Assembly (NCBI GenBank): GCA_049515535.1
Contig: JBEKTZ010000003.1
Coordinates: 1-64,000, forward strand
Direction: 5' to 3'
DNA length: 64,000 bases
From: Candidatus Aminicenantales bacterium
GTDB lineage: Bacteria > Acidobacteriota > Aminicenantia > Aminicenantales > UBA4085
Shown here: piece after piece, positions 1 to 8,053 of the stretch
Position numbering within the stretch: position 1 is the first letter of the stretch
Layout of the letters: each line of letters begins with the position of its first letter
Notes under the pieces: model-generated
What the model saw: the letters and a program-made list of their open reading frames with translations, nothing else
Told to the model about the DNA's origin: nothing
Databases searched by the model: none
Position numbers and translations under genes: made by a program

Positions 1-223
1 TTGGTCGCAGGGCGGGGTTTCATGCCCCGCCCGAGAAAGGGAGGCAGGGCGACCGGGTCTTCCCGGTGCCCGTTGGAAGGGGGAAACGCGAAGCGGGTTC
101 CCCCTCCAAATTGACGCCGGACCCGACGGCGGCTTCCGTCCCAACCTTTTCACTTGCTTTTTGACTTGAAAAAAAAGTAGAATTCGAAAATAATAAGAGC
201 AGAGTCATCTTGAAGGAGGAACA

Positions 224-913
224 ATGAGGAGAAAGAGCTTAATCGTTTTGGGCGTGATCATCGTCTTGTTCACCCTACAGAGCTGCAAATCCCAGCCCGA
301 ACAGACGCTTCTCAAGAACTATTGTCGCGCCGACAGCCTCAATGACATTCAGACTATGTCCACCATGGCCATCAATCCTATGAAGTTAAACGCGGCCAGC
401 TGGACGATCACCAAGGTCAGCGAGGAGAAGACGGAGCCCGCCGCGCTTTCCGACATGGCCAAGGCCGAGGGGGATTTCAAGAAGCAGCAGGACGCGCATA
501 TTCCCGTGACGCTGGACGCCAAAGACGCCCTGGAATTGGCGAAAGACGAATTCAATTCCGCCCGGACCGGGCCCGCCAGAGCCGCCGCCAAGACGAAGGT
601 GGACGCGGCGCAGAAGAAGTATGACGATGAGTACAAACTCCACCAGGAAATCATAAAGAAATACAGCGACGCCAAGGTTGCCGCCGCCAAGGAAGAAGAG
701 ATCACCATGTTCTCACTGGGAGCCGGCCAACTGCCGAACATCCGCGACCTCAAGGGCGATATCCGCTCCAAGGACATCGAGCTCCAGGTCAAGGACAAAG
801 CGGGGGCCGTGAAGAACTATCTGATTACGATGAGGGTTTACACTCTCAAGGATGAGGCGTTGAATCTCACCTACCGCGGCCGCTGGATCATCACGCAATT
901 CAAAGAGCTGTAA
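224..913 (+). CDS. Hypothetical lipoprotein with coiled-coil region
   Basis: 229 aa ORF with AAGGAGGA RBS; basic N-terminus, hydrophobic stretch and lipobox-like LQSC. Confidence 0.7.
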   Translation: MRRKSLIVLGVIIVLFTLQSCKSQPEQTLLKNYCRADSLNDIQTMSTMAINPMKLNAASWTITKVSEEKTEPAALSDMAKAEGDFKKQQDAHIPVTLDAKDALELAKDEFNSARTGPARAAAKTKVDAAQKKYDDEYKLHQEIIKKYSDAKVAAAKEEEITMFSLGAGQLPNIRDLKGDIRSKDIELQVKDKAGAVKNYLITMRVYTLKDEALNLTYRGRWIITQFKEL

Positions 914-1034
914 GGGAAAGAGAAGACAACGACGCGCGGAGCCGGATCTTAGCGGGCGGCGGGCAGCTCCGGGTTCGAGGGGTGCGCCGCGACGCTAAGG
1001 CCTGGCCCCGATTTATTTTATCTGTTATTTTATC

Positions 1035-1063
1035 TTGACTCCCGTGTCGTAATCCGCTATAAA
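1035..1063 (+). promoter_or_regulatory. sigma70-type promoter of tRNA-Lys/tRNA-Glu
   Basis: TTGACT-17bp-TATAAA, 14 nt upstream of tRNA-Lys. Confidence 0.7.
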
Positions 1064-1077
1064 TAATTGCCCTTTTT

Positions 1078-1149
1078 GGGCCGTTAGCTCAGAGGTAGAG
1101 CACCGGCCTTTTAAGCCGGGTGTCGCTGGTTCGAGCCCAGCACGGCTCA
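1078..1149 (+). tRNA. tRNA-Lys(TTT), CCA not encoded
   Basis: Cloverleaf: acceptor GGGCCGT/ACGGCTC, anticodon arm CCGGC-CTTTTAA-GCCGG, T-loop TTCGAGC. Confidence 0.95.
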
Positions 1150-1157
1150 TTCTTCTC

Positions 1158-1230
1158 GCCCCTGTCGTCTAGAGGCCCAGGACACCGCCCTTTCAAGGCA
1201 GCAACACGGGTTCGAATCCCGTCGGGGGCG
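1158..1230 (+). tRNA. tRNA-Glu(TTC), CCA not encoded
   Basis: Acceptor GCCCCTG/CGGGGGC, anticodon loop CTTTCAA (one C.A mismatch in stem), T arm ACGGG-TTCGAAT-CCCGT. Confidence 0.93.
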
Positions 1231-1291
1231 CTCCCATTACCCAAAACGCGTGCGTCTTTCCCCCGCGCTCCCTCTCCCTGGACGGGGGAGT

Positions 1292-1516
1292 TCATTGAGC
1301 GGAGGAGGAATCCTCGGCTGAGGCGCGCTTTTTCTTTTTTTTATAGAAAAAAAACACCGCGACGGCCGGGATCTGATAGACGGCGAAGATAACCGGGGAA
1401 AGGATAAGCCAGAAGACGTTCATGGCCGGAACGAACAGGATGACGAATCCGGCCACGCCGCCGAGCGACAGGATCGCCGCTCCCGTCAGCCAAATTACGG
1501 AACTCGCTTTTTTCAT
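1292..1516 (-). CDS. Small hypothetical membrane protein (2 TM, Lys-rich tail)
   Basis: ATG at 1516 with GAGGA RBS; two hydrophobic segments followed by KKKKKR. Confidence 0.5.
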   Translation of the reverse strand: MKKASSVIWLTGAAILSLGGVAGFVILFVPAMNVFWLILSPVIFAVYQIPAVAVFFFYKKKKKRASAEDSSSAQ

Positions 1517-1664
1517 GATGTCGAATCCTCGGACGGTTCCCATCCTATCAAATCCGCGGCTTATGTTTCAATGCGCTGAACCCCGCCGGGATGAGCGGCC
1601 CGGACGCGGCTCTCGTTCGTGAAGAAGGCCTGGAATTTTGTTATAATGACCGCTCTCCTTAAAC

Positions 1665-1739
1665 GGGCGGTTAGCTCAGCGGTAGAGCATCGGTCTTACA
1701 CACCGGGGGCCGCAGGTTCGAACCCTGCACCGCCCACCA
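1665..1739 (+). tRNA. tRNA-Val(TAC)
   Basis: Acceptor GGGCGGT/ACCGCCC, anticodon loop CTTACAC, T-loop TTCGAAC, encoded CCA; TGTTATAAT extended -10 upstream. Confidence 0.96.
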
Positions 1740-1827
1740 GATTGTTTCTGATGGGATAAGGCTTTTTAGTAAGTTCTCTTTTCAGCCCCAGTACCTACGT
1801 TTCAGCGTTTTTTGGCGAGGCTCCGCA

Positions 1828-1918
1828 TATTCAAAAAGCTACTGACAGAACGGACGAGAAATGGGGGCCGGGTCAACTTATTCAAATAGTTGCTGACAGA
1901 ACGGACGAGAAATGGGGG
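1828..1918 (+). repeat. Tandem direct repeat, 40-nt core, 51-nt period
   Basis: TATTCAAAAAGCTACTGACAGAACGGACGAGAAATGGGGG (1828-1867) vs TATTCAAATAGTTGCTGACAGAACGGACGAGAAATGGGGG (1879-1918). Confidence 0.85.
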
Positions 1919-1928
1919 AGGATCAAAC

Positions 1929-3143
1929 TTACTTGTTATTGGGATTAACTATCCTGCCCATGAACAGAATGGTGTCGCTTTGGTTGTCCCGAATGATGAA
2001 AAGAAATGGATGATCCGCACGAAACACAGGATAGTCATGGGCAGCCATAGCCATCTTTGCCATCTCGACGGCCGTAGCGGCCCCTGCTTCTGTCCCTTCC
2101 TCGTTGACCTCGACAAAAGCCTTGTGCTTGATTTGCGAGATCCGAAGAGATCCTTTCGGCCACCCCATACCGCTGAAATCCGCCTTTTCTAGGGCGAACG
2201 CATCCTTCATGCCCATTTTCTCACAGGGGTCCACCAAATCATACGTGGTTTCGAGCTTTAATTTCGGCAGATAAAGCTCAATCTTTTGAACTGGCTGCTC
2301 GTCCAGTTCCGCCAACCGTTCCTTCAGGCTCTGGGTGGTTAATTGTTTTTCCAGTGTGGCCAATCCATCGACAGCCTTCGGAAGCAGGATGACCATAGAC
2401 AGATTCTTTCCTTTGTACGGGATTGAAACGGCCTGGAAATCCTTCTCGGTCAGGATTTTGAAATCGCTCTTATGGTACATGAGGGAAACTTTCACCTGCT
2501 TGCTCGCCGACATACTGAAAGGAGCATCATGAGTGCTGCTTTTCTGGAATGGACTCTCCCAGATCCCTTTGAAGTAAATCGCGTTCAGAAGCACACAGAC
2601 TGAATTGGAATCAAGCTTCTCTAGTATCTTCTCGATCTTCCCCTCTGTCTTCTGCTTGACCCAGCCGTTGATCGTGTCCAATCCTCCACGGAAGATCGCG
2701 GCATCATAGTTGTCTTTCAGGATGGTCTTGAACTCGCCACTCACGTCACCGCCGGTGAGGACCAACGCGTTAGCAATGTTGAGTTTCTGCCCGGCCTTGA
2801 GGGCAGTGGCGACCAGTTCCTTGTTCAGACTCTTGAACGCAGGATGCAGTTTAGTTTGATCCAGCTGGAAATGAAGGACTTCCTTCATCTCCCTTGCCGT
2901 ATTCCCTCGAGCTCCGGCGTATGCCATGCCCAGCGCCGCTGAGACGCTGTATGACGAAAAAAAGAGATTGCCTTCCTTGTCGCCAAGTTCGCGATACAAT
3001 TGCACAGCGAAGGCGGTGTTTCCTTTAACAACGTTTTCGCGCAATGATTGCTCCGAAGGGGCTGCTTCAATTGATGTGGCAAAGCGCGCCGTAAATATGG
3101 CGCTCAACAGCATGGCTGACAACATTAGCAATAATCGATTCAT
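1929..3143 (-). CDS. Secreted serpin (serine protease inhibitor)
   Basis: Signal peptide; serpin motifs NLFFSSYS, LLNAIYFKGIW, hinge EEGTEAGAAT, FRADHPFLFII, ILFMGRIVNP. Confidence 0.95.
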   Translation of the reverse strand: MNRLLLMLSAMLLSAIFTARFATSIEAAPSEQSLRENVVKGNTAFAVQLYRELGDKEGNLFFSSYSVSAALGMAYAGARGNTAREMKEVLHFQLDQTKLHPAFKSLNKELVATALKAGQKLNIANALVLTGGDVSGEFKTILKDNYDAAIFRGGLDTINGWVKQKTEGKIEKILEKLDSNSVCVLLNAIYFKGIWESPFQKSSTHDAPFSMSASKQVKVSLMYHKSDFKILTEKDFQAVSIPYKGKNLSMVILLPKAVDGLATLEKQLTTQSLKERLAELDEQPVQKIELYLPKLKLETTYDLVDPCEKMGMKDAFALEKADFSGMGWPKGSLRISQIKHKAFVEVNEEGTEAGAATAVEMAKMAMAAHDYPVFRADHPFLFIIRDNQSDTILFMGRIVNPNNK

Positions 3144-3840
3144 TTTTCTCCCCTTTCAAGTATGTCGTTCACATGTAGTTCTTCCCATGCGCCGGAAAAA
3201 TCCTGATCTCGACATTTAGACAATTGCGGGTGCACGTTTGTTCCCGAAATCTGTCCTTTCCGCGGATAAAAAAAAGTTTAGCCGAATCCCAAGCGATCCA
3301 TTCCAACGACTGGTTATACGGCTGATTGAAGATCTCGTCTTTGTTTGTGTTTGCAAGTCTGACCCCAAATCCAATATATCAAGATTCGTGAACCTGCATT
3401 CGCGTTTCCGTTACGACCGTCTTTTATAAAGGCATAAGGATTTGCTTTTTCGCTCGGCGCGACTTACGCTCCCATTAAGCGTGGAATCGACGCTCCCCAT
3501 CACGAAAAGAGGATAATCCCGGACGCGGATCGAGTCAAGAACAAGAAATTCGCCGCGAAAGAGGCCGGCGGGCAGTCGAGAAATTGAGCGAACTTTTCAA
3601 AGAAAGCGGAAAGAAACCGGAAAGCGTCGATATTAAGCTCCCGGCAAATGGTTTAAAATTATTCAATTAGCGGTTTTGATAAGCGGTCTTACACACCGGG
3701 GGTCGCAGGTTCGAACCCTGCACCGCCCATCCTTCAGCCGAAATGCCCGCATGTTTCGGGGTCCCTCCTTTCTTGTCATTCTCACAGCCTATTCAAAGCT
3801 AGCCCTATGTGTTAACAAGCTCTGTCGGTTTTAGAGGGGC

Positions 3841-3888
3841 TTGACAGATGCAATTCCCAGGACTATATTATTGGCAAATGCTAATAAT
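3841..3888 (+). promoter_or_regulatory. sigma70 promoter with overlapping palindromic operator
   Basis: TTGACA-17bp-TATATT (3841-3869); inverted repeat ATTATTGGCA-AA-TGCTAATAAT (3867-3888). Confidence 0.65.
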
Positions 3889-3980
3889 TATTCGGGACGC
3901 GACCACGCCGACGAAGCCTGATAATAGCCGGCCGCCGGCGACCGGGGAAGTTCCAAAGCTATTTTTATTATCGGTTAGAG

Positions 3981-4457
3981 ATGGCCCGGCCGCTTAAATG
4001 CCGGCGGATCGGCGGACCTCCCCAGGCGGATTACTTCAAGCCGAGAGGGGTGTCCCTGGCGGATTTGCCGGAAGTTCACTTGACGATGGACGAGTTTGAG
4101 GCCGTTCGCTTGGCGGATCTTCTCGGCTTATACCAGGAGGAAGCGGCCAAACGCATGGGCGTTTCGCGACAAACCTTCGGCAATATCATCGAATCGGCGC
4201 GAAAAAAAATCGCGGATGCGATCGTGAATGCCAAGGCTTTGAAAATCGAAGGAGGCGTCGTCACAATGAGGCAAAAGCTTTTTATGTGCTCTGATTGTCG
4301 TCACGGTTGGAGCGCAGCCTTCGGTTCGGGCCGGCCGCCGGAATGCCCGAAATGCCGGAGCCGGAATTTCCACCCGGCGACACGGGATGGCGGCAGGGTC
4401 GGCGGTGCTGGATTCGGTCAAGGACGCAAATCTTTTTGTAGGAGGATGGGTAGATGA
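3981..4457 (+). CDS. DUF134/UPF0251 predicted DNA-binding protein with C-terminal Zn-ribbon
   Basis: MARPLKCRRI...FKPRG...DEFEAVRLAD...QEEAAKRMGVSRQTF...ARKKIADA; CSDC...CPKC tail. Confidence 0.88.
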   Translation: MARPLKCRRIGGPPQADYFKPRGVSLADLPEVHLTMDEFEAVRLADLLGLYQEEAAKRMGVSRQTFGNIIESARKKIADAIVNAKALKIEGGVVTMRQKLFMCSDCRHGWSAAFGSGRPPECPKCRSRNFHPATRDGGRVGGAGFGQGRKSFCRRMGR

Positions 4458-4819
4458 AATTATGCATTCCAACGACAACAAAAGACGGCCAAAACGCTTT
4501 GGTCCATGAGCATTTCGGAAGCGCGCCTTTTTTCACGGTTTATGACGTCGCGACGAAAGCTACAGAGGTCATTGACAATTTTAACGAGCATCATGCTCAC
4601 GGAATGTGTCAGCCCCTGGCGGCCTTGACCGGGCGAAACATCGACGTGGTCGTTTGTGGTGGCATGGGAGCCCGGGCCGTTCAAAAATTCAACGAGGCCC
4701 GTATCAAGGTTTATCGGGCTGTTCCGGGAACGGTTTCGGATATCGCACGCCTCTTCTCAGAAGGCACGCTCGAGGAGTTCACTCTCGCCGACTCCTGCGC
4801 CCATCACAACTGCCGCTGA
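4454..4819 (+). CDS. NifB/NifX-family (FeMo-cofactor-binding-like) protein
   Basis: HFGSAPFF, HHAHGMCQP, GGMGARA motifs; ATGA overlap with DUF134 gene. Confidence 0.88.
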   Translation: MKLCIPTTTKDGQNALVHEHFGSAPFFTVYDVATKATEVIDNFNEHHAHGMCQPLAALTGRNIDVVVCGGMGARAVQKFNEARIKVYRAVPGTVSDIARLFSEGTLEEFTLADSCAHHNCR

Positions 4820-4939
4820 CCATCAGGAACTGCCTTTTGGCGACCCATAAGGCTTAACCATGCTCGCCGGCAACGGGCTGGCGGAAAGTCGGGATGTCAT
4901 GGAATCGTGTAAGTGAACTGTAAACGGGGGACATCACAA

Positions 4940-5404
4940 ATGAGAATGAATAGAACGGACTGGAAATATCTGATCGATACCTTGTTGTTCATCAGCGGGT
5001 TCGGCGCGGCGATCCTTGGTTTTCTAATGGGAGTCGTCCTTCCCGGCGGGTCCGCCGCTCCGGAAGCGCAGAAATATTTTCTGGGACTTCACCGGCATCA
5101 ATGGGGCGGGTTTCACTTTGCCCTCGCCATCATCTTCATCGCGCTGCTCCTGATTCATTTGGTCTTGGAATGGAGTTGGATCCGAGGAAAAGCTCGTCAA
5201 CTTTTTGGACACAGGTGGTGGGGCTTCCTTGTCCTGACCGTCGTGGCCGTGTGTGCCACCTTATTAATATTCTGGCTCTTAACGGGGAAAAAGGGTCCTG
5301 CCTCTGACGGGCGCGGCGGAGGCCGTGGGCGACGTCAAGCCCTTGAATTTCAATTGGAACCCGGCGTTTCGGCCGCGCCCCGAAGTTTCTTATCTATAAT
5401 CTAG
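4940..5404 (+). CDS. DUF4405-like membrane protein (possible heme-b ligating His)
   Basis: KYLIDTLLF, FLGLHRHQWGGFH...LIHLVLEWSWI pattern, 3 TM helices; ATG at 4940. Confidence 0.7.
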   Translation: MRMNRTDWKYLIDTLLFISGFGAAILGFLMGVVLPGGSAAPEAQKYFLGLHRHQWGGFHFALAIIFIALLLIHLVLEWSWIRGKARQLFGHRWWGFLVLTVVAVCATLLIFWLLTGKKGPASDGRGGGRGRRQALEFQLEPGVSAAPRSFLSII

Positions 5405-5556
5405 ACAGCGAAACCGGACCTTGGTCCGCCACAAGCTGGTTTTTGTAGGAACGACGGGCTGGCTCGTCGAAGAGAACATCAGGCGCAAAATTGAACAAGA
5501 CCGGAGCCAACAAGAGGCGCTGAATCTGAAGAAGAATAAAGCCGGAGTCGGGAAGT

Positions 5557-6249
5557 TTAAGCCAGGGCACGTTCCAGGGCAGCCTCGGCATGGAGGACGG
5601 CCGTGTCGAAAAGCGGGACCAGCGTGTCCTCCGGGCGGACGAGGAGCGGAATCTCGGTGCATCCGAGGACGATGCCTTCCGCGCCGCGGGCCACCAGCTT
5701 ATCGATAATCGACAGGTAGCCGCGGCGGCTTGGTTCGGTGATTACGCCCCTCGAGAGCTCATCCATGATAACCCGGTGGATGTATTCCCTGTCTTCTTTT
5801 TCCGGCACGAGGGAGGCGATTCCGTGCCGAGCCAACCCCTCGGCGTAAAAGGGCTTCTCCATGGTGAAGCGGGTGCCGAGAATGCCGACGGACCGCAGGC
5901 CCCGGGCCAGGATCGCCTCGGCCGTCACATCGATAATACTCACGAGAGGAATCGGAGATTCGCGGACAAGTCGATCATAGTGGAGATGCATGGTATTGGT
6001 CGCCATGACGGCGAATCCGGCGCCTGCGGCCGCCAGCCTCTCGAGGCCGCTGAGCAGGGCTTCGGCGATCCGGTCCCATTCTCCGGCCTCCATCCAGTCC
6101 TCGAAGCGCTGGAAGCTGAGGCTGTAGACGACGATTTCGGGAAAAGCATGGTCGCCGAAGCGACGCTGATAGCTGTGGACGATGTGAAGGTAATAGGTCA
6201 CCGTGGATTCAGGCGTGAGGCCGCCGAGAATGCCGATTCGCTCTGCCAT
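5557..6249 (-). CDS. Asp/Glu racemase family amino-acid racemase (YgeA/RacX-like)
   Basis: IGILGGLTPEST..YY, ATNTMH (Thr in first catalytic position), LGTRFTM, LGCTEIP. Confidence 0.92.
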   Translation of the reverse strand: MAERIGILGGLTPESTVTYYLHIVHSYQRRFGDHAFPEIVVYSLSFQRFEDWMEAGEWDRIAEALLSGLERLAAAGAGFAVMATNTMHLHYDRLVRESPIPLVSIIDVTAEAILARGLRSVGILGTRFTMEKPFYAEGLARHGIASLVPEKEDREYIHRVIMDELSRGVITEPSRRGYLSIIDKLVARGAEGIVLGCTEIPLLVRPEDTLVPLFDTAVLHAEAALERALA

Positions 6250-6385
6250 GGGCGATGCTCCTTCTTTTGATAATTCGTTAGACCCTACGATAGCTCCCGG
6301 CGAAGGCCGGGGTCAAGTCGTGAAGAAGGCCTGGAATTTTGTTATACTGATCGCTCTCCTGCTCTTAAACATTGGAGGAAGGATC

Positions 6386-6829
6386 ATGACCAAGATCGGC
6401 ATCATCATTTGCGCTCGCTACCAGAGTTGCGGGGGCGGCAAATGCTTTCGGGCTCTCCGCGAGAGGGCCGGAGCTTTCGCCCGTTACCCGAAGGGCGAGC
6501 CCGTCGAGCTCGTCGGCTTTTCCTACTGCGGCGGCTGCCCGGGCGGGAATATCGAATCTGTTCCGGAAGAAATGAAGAAAAACGGCGCCCAAATCATCCA
6601 CCTGGCGACGGGTCTGGTCGTCGGCTATCCGCCCTGCCCGCATTTGCGCGAGTTCAAGGAGTTCATCGAGCGGAAGTTCGGCCTTGAAGTTGTTATCGGG
6701 ACGCATCCCATCCCTTTGAAGTATATGACCGCGCACGCGGAGCTTTCATTCTGGAAGGAAGCGGACATGGAAACGCTGGCCGGAGACCTGATGCGCGAAA
6801 GCCGGGAGGTCATGGAAGCCTACAACTGA
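6386..6829 (+). CDS. CGGC-domain protein
   Basis: KIGIIIC...CGGGKC...CGGCPG...HLATG...PPCP...VVIGTH; GGAGGA RBS before ATG 6386. Confidence 0.88.
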   Translation: MTKIGIIICARYQSCGGGKCFRALRERAGAFARYPKGEPVELVGFSYCGGCPGGNIESVPEEMKKNGAQIIHLATGLVVGYPPCPHLREFKEFIERKFGLEVVIGTHPIPLKYMTAHAELSFWKEADMETLAGDLMRESREVMEAYN

Positions 6830-6970
6830 GCGGGTCAGCGCCCGGCTTGCCCCGGATATCAAACCCAAGACAACGGCGACACCGGAGCCCGGCTTCGGAA
6901 GAAACGGATTTGCGGCCGGCTATAAAGACGCCGGGGCCCCGCCCGATTCAACTCGATTCGACTCGTTTCC

Positions 6971-7025
6971 TTGACTCATCTTTCCCGATGCCCTATACTT
7001 ATTATTGATAATGAATACCAATACC
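6971..7025 (+). promoter_or_regulatory. sigma70 promoter plus Fur-box-like site
   Basis: TTGACT-17bp-TATACT (6971-6999); GATAATGAATACCAATACC (7007-7025) matches the Fur consensus GATAATGATAATCATTATC at 14/19. Confidence 0.6.
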
Positions 7026-7048
7026 ATTACAAATATTGATTTCTTTCT

Positions 7049-7528
7049 ATGAAGAACAAATCCGAGCATCGCCAACGCGACAGAATGAAGGATCATTGCG
7101 CGCGTTGGACGGCCCCGCGCGAGGAAATATTCTCCCTCTTGATTCGATCTCAAAGACATCTGAGCGTCAAGGAAATCTACGCGCTTCTCCATCCGGAGAA
7201 CCCGGACATCGGATTGACGACGGTCTATCGGACCCTCGATCTCTTGGATAAGGCTAATCTCGTGCGAAAAATCAACACCGGAGACGGCCAAGGCCGCTAT
7301 GAATACAATAAAGGCGATCATTCCGATCATCATCACCACCTCATCTGCACGGAATGCGGAAAAATCCTGAATTATCGGGATTTCGAGAAGGAAGAGCTCG
7401 ATCTGGTCCGAAAGACCGAGGAAATTCTGGCGAAGAAGCACGGCTTTCTCATTCGAGATCACAACATCGAATTCCTAGGGCTCTGCGAGGAATGCCGTCC
7501 CGGCGGGAAGCGATCGAAAATCCGATGA
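7049..7528 (+). CDS. fur: Fur-family transcriptional repressor
   Basis: TAPREEI, HLS, IGLTTVYRTL, HHHHLICTECG, GLCEEC. Confidence 0.92.
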   Translation: MKNKSEHRQRDRMKDHCARWTAPREEIFSLLIRSQRHLSVKEIYALLHPENPDIGLTTVYRTLDLLDKANLVRKINTGDGQGRYEYNKGDHSDHHHHLICTECGKILNYRDFEKEELDLVRKTEEILAKKHGFLIRDHNIEFLGLCEECRPGGKRSKIR

Positions 7529-7599
7529 ACGGGGATGGATGATGACGCGGAGAGAATGAATTACGGACGTTGAGAAGAAATCATTTCAAAGGAGGCAGC

Positions 7600-7977
7600 A
7601 TGAGAATCGCGATTGCCACGGATCAGGATTGTGTTTCGTCCCATTTCGGGTGCTGCCCGGCCTGCACGATTGTCCAGATCGAGGGAAATAAAATCCGGGA
7701 TACGATCGTCATTCCGAACCCGGGATGCAATCATGCGTTCTGGGCCGATTTATTGCAGAAAAATTCGATCGCATGCTTGATTGTCGGGAAGATCGGATCC
7801 AATGCCCTGGCGGTGTTGGAAGGACGGGGAATCCGCATCATGACCGGCGTCGAAGGCAGGATCCAGGACGTCGTAGAGAAATATCTCGGCGGCGTTCTGC
7901 AATCCGGGAACGGCGTTTGCTCGGATGAGTCCGTTCCCCGCTCTTCATCGGACCGGCGTTTTCCGAAGACGACCTGA
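7600..7977 (+). CDS. NifB/NifX-family protein (second copy, Cys-rich)
   Basis: MRIAIATD..VSSHFGCCP, NPGCNH, GKIGSNA; GGAGG RBS. Confidence 0.82.
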   Translation: MRIAIATDQDCVSSHFGCCPACTIVQIEGNKIRDTIVIPNPGCNHAFWADLLQKNSIACLIVGKIGSNALAVLEGRGIRIMTGVEGRIQDVVEKYLGGVLQSGNGVCSDESVPRSSSDRRFPKTT

Positions 7978-8053
7978 TATCGCCGCGGCGCCGAGCGCAT
8001 CCACCGGCCGGATCGGCGGCGGACAAACTCGACGAAACCAGAGGAGTCCGAAG

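Larger units (their letters stand above)
1691..3729. mobile_element. Small genomic islet integrated at tRNA-Val (attL/attR-like direct repeat)
   Basis: 46-nt 3' part of tRNA-Val (1691-1736) is repeated at 3684-3729 with one mismatch; interior is visibly more AT-rich; no intact integrase. Confidence 0.8.

Noticed and set aside
1740..3683. Integron cassette context for the serpin
   Set aside because: No attC-like RYYYAAC...GTTRRRY structure found beside the gene and no intI.
3684..3729. Second tRNA-Val gene
   Set aside because: Lacks the 5' acceptor strand and D-arm; it is an att-type partial duplicate.
4454..7977. Nitrogen fixation genes (NifX-like proteins, NifV-like synthase at 42195)
   Set aside because: No nifHDK/ENB in the window; NifX-like domains are widespread, and the synthase sits inside a lysine operon.
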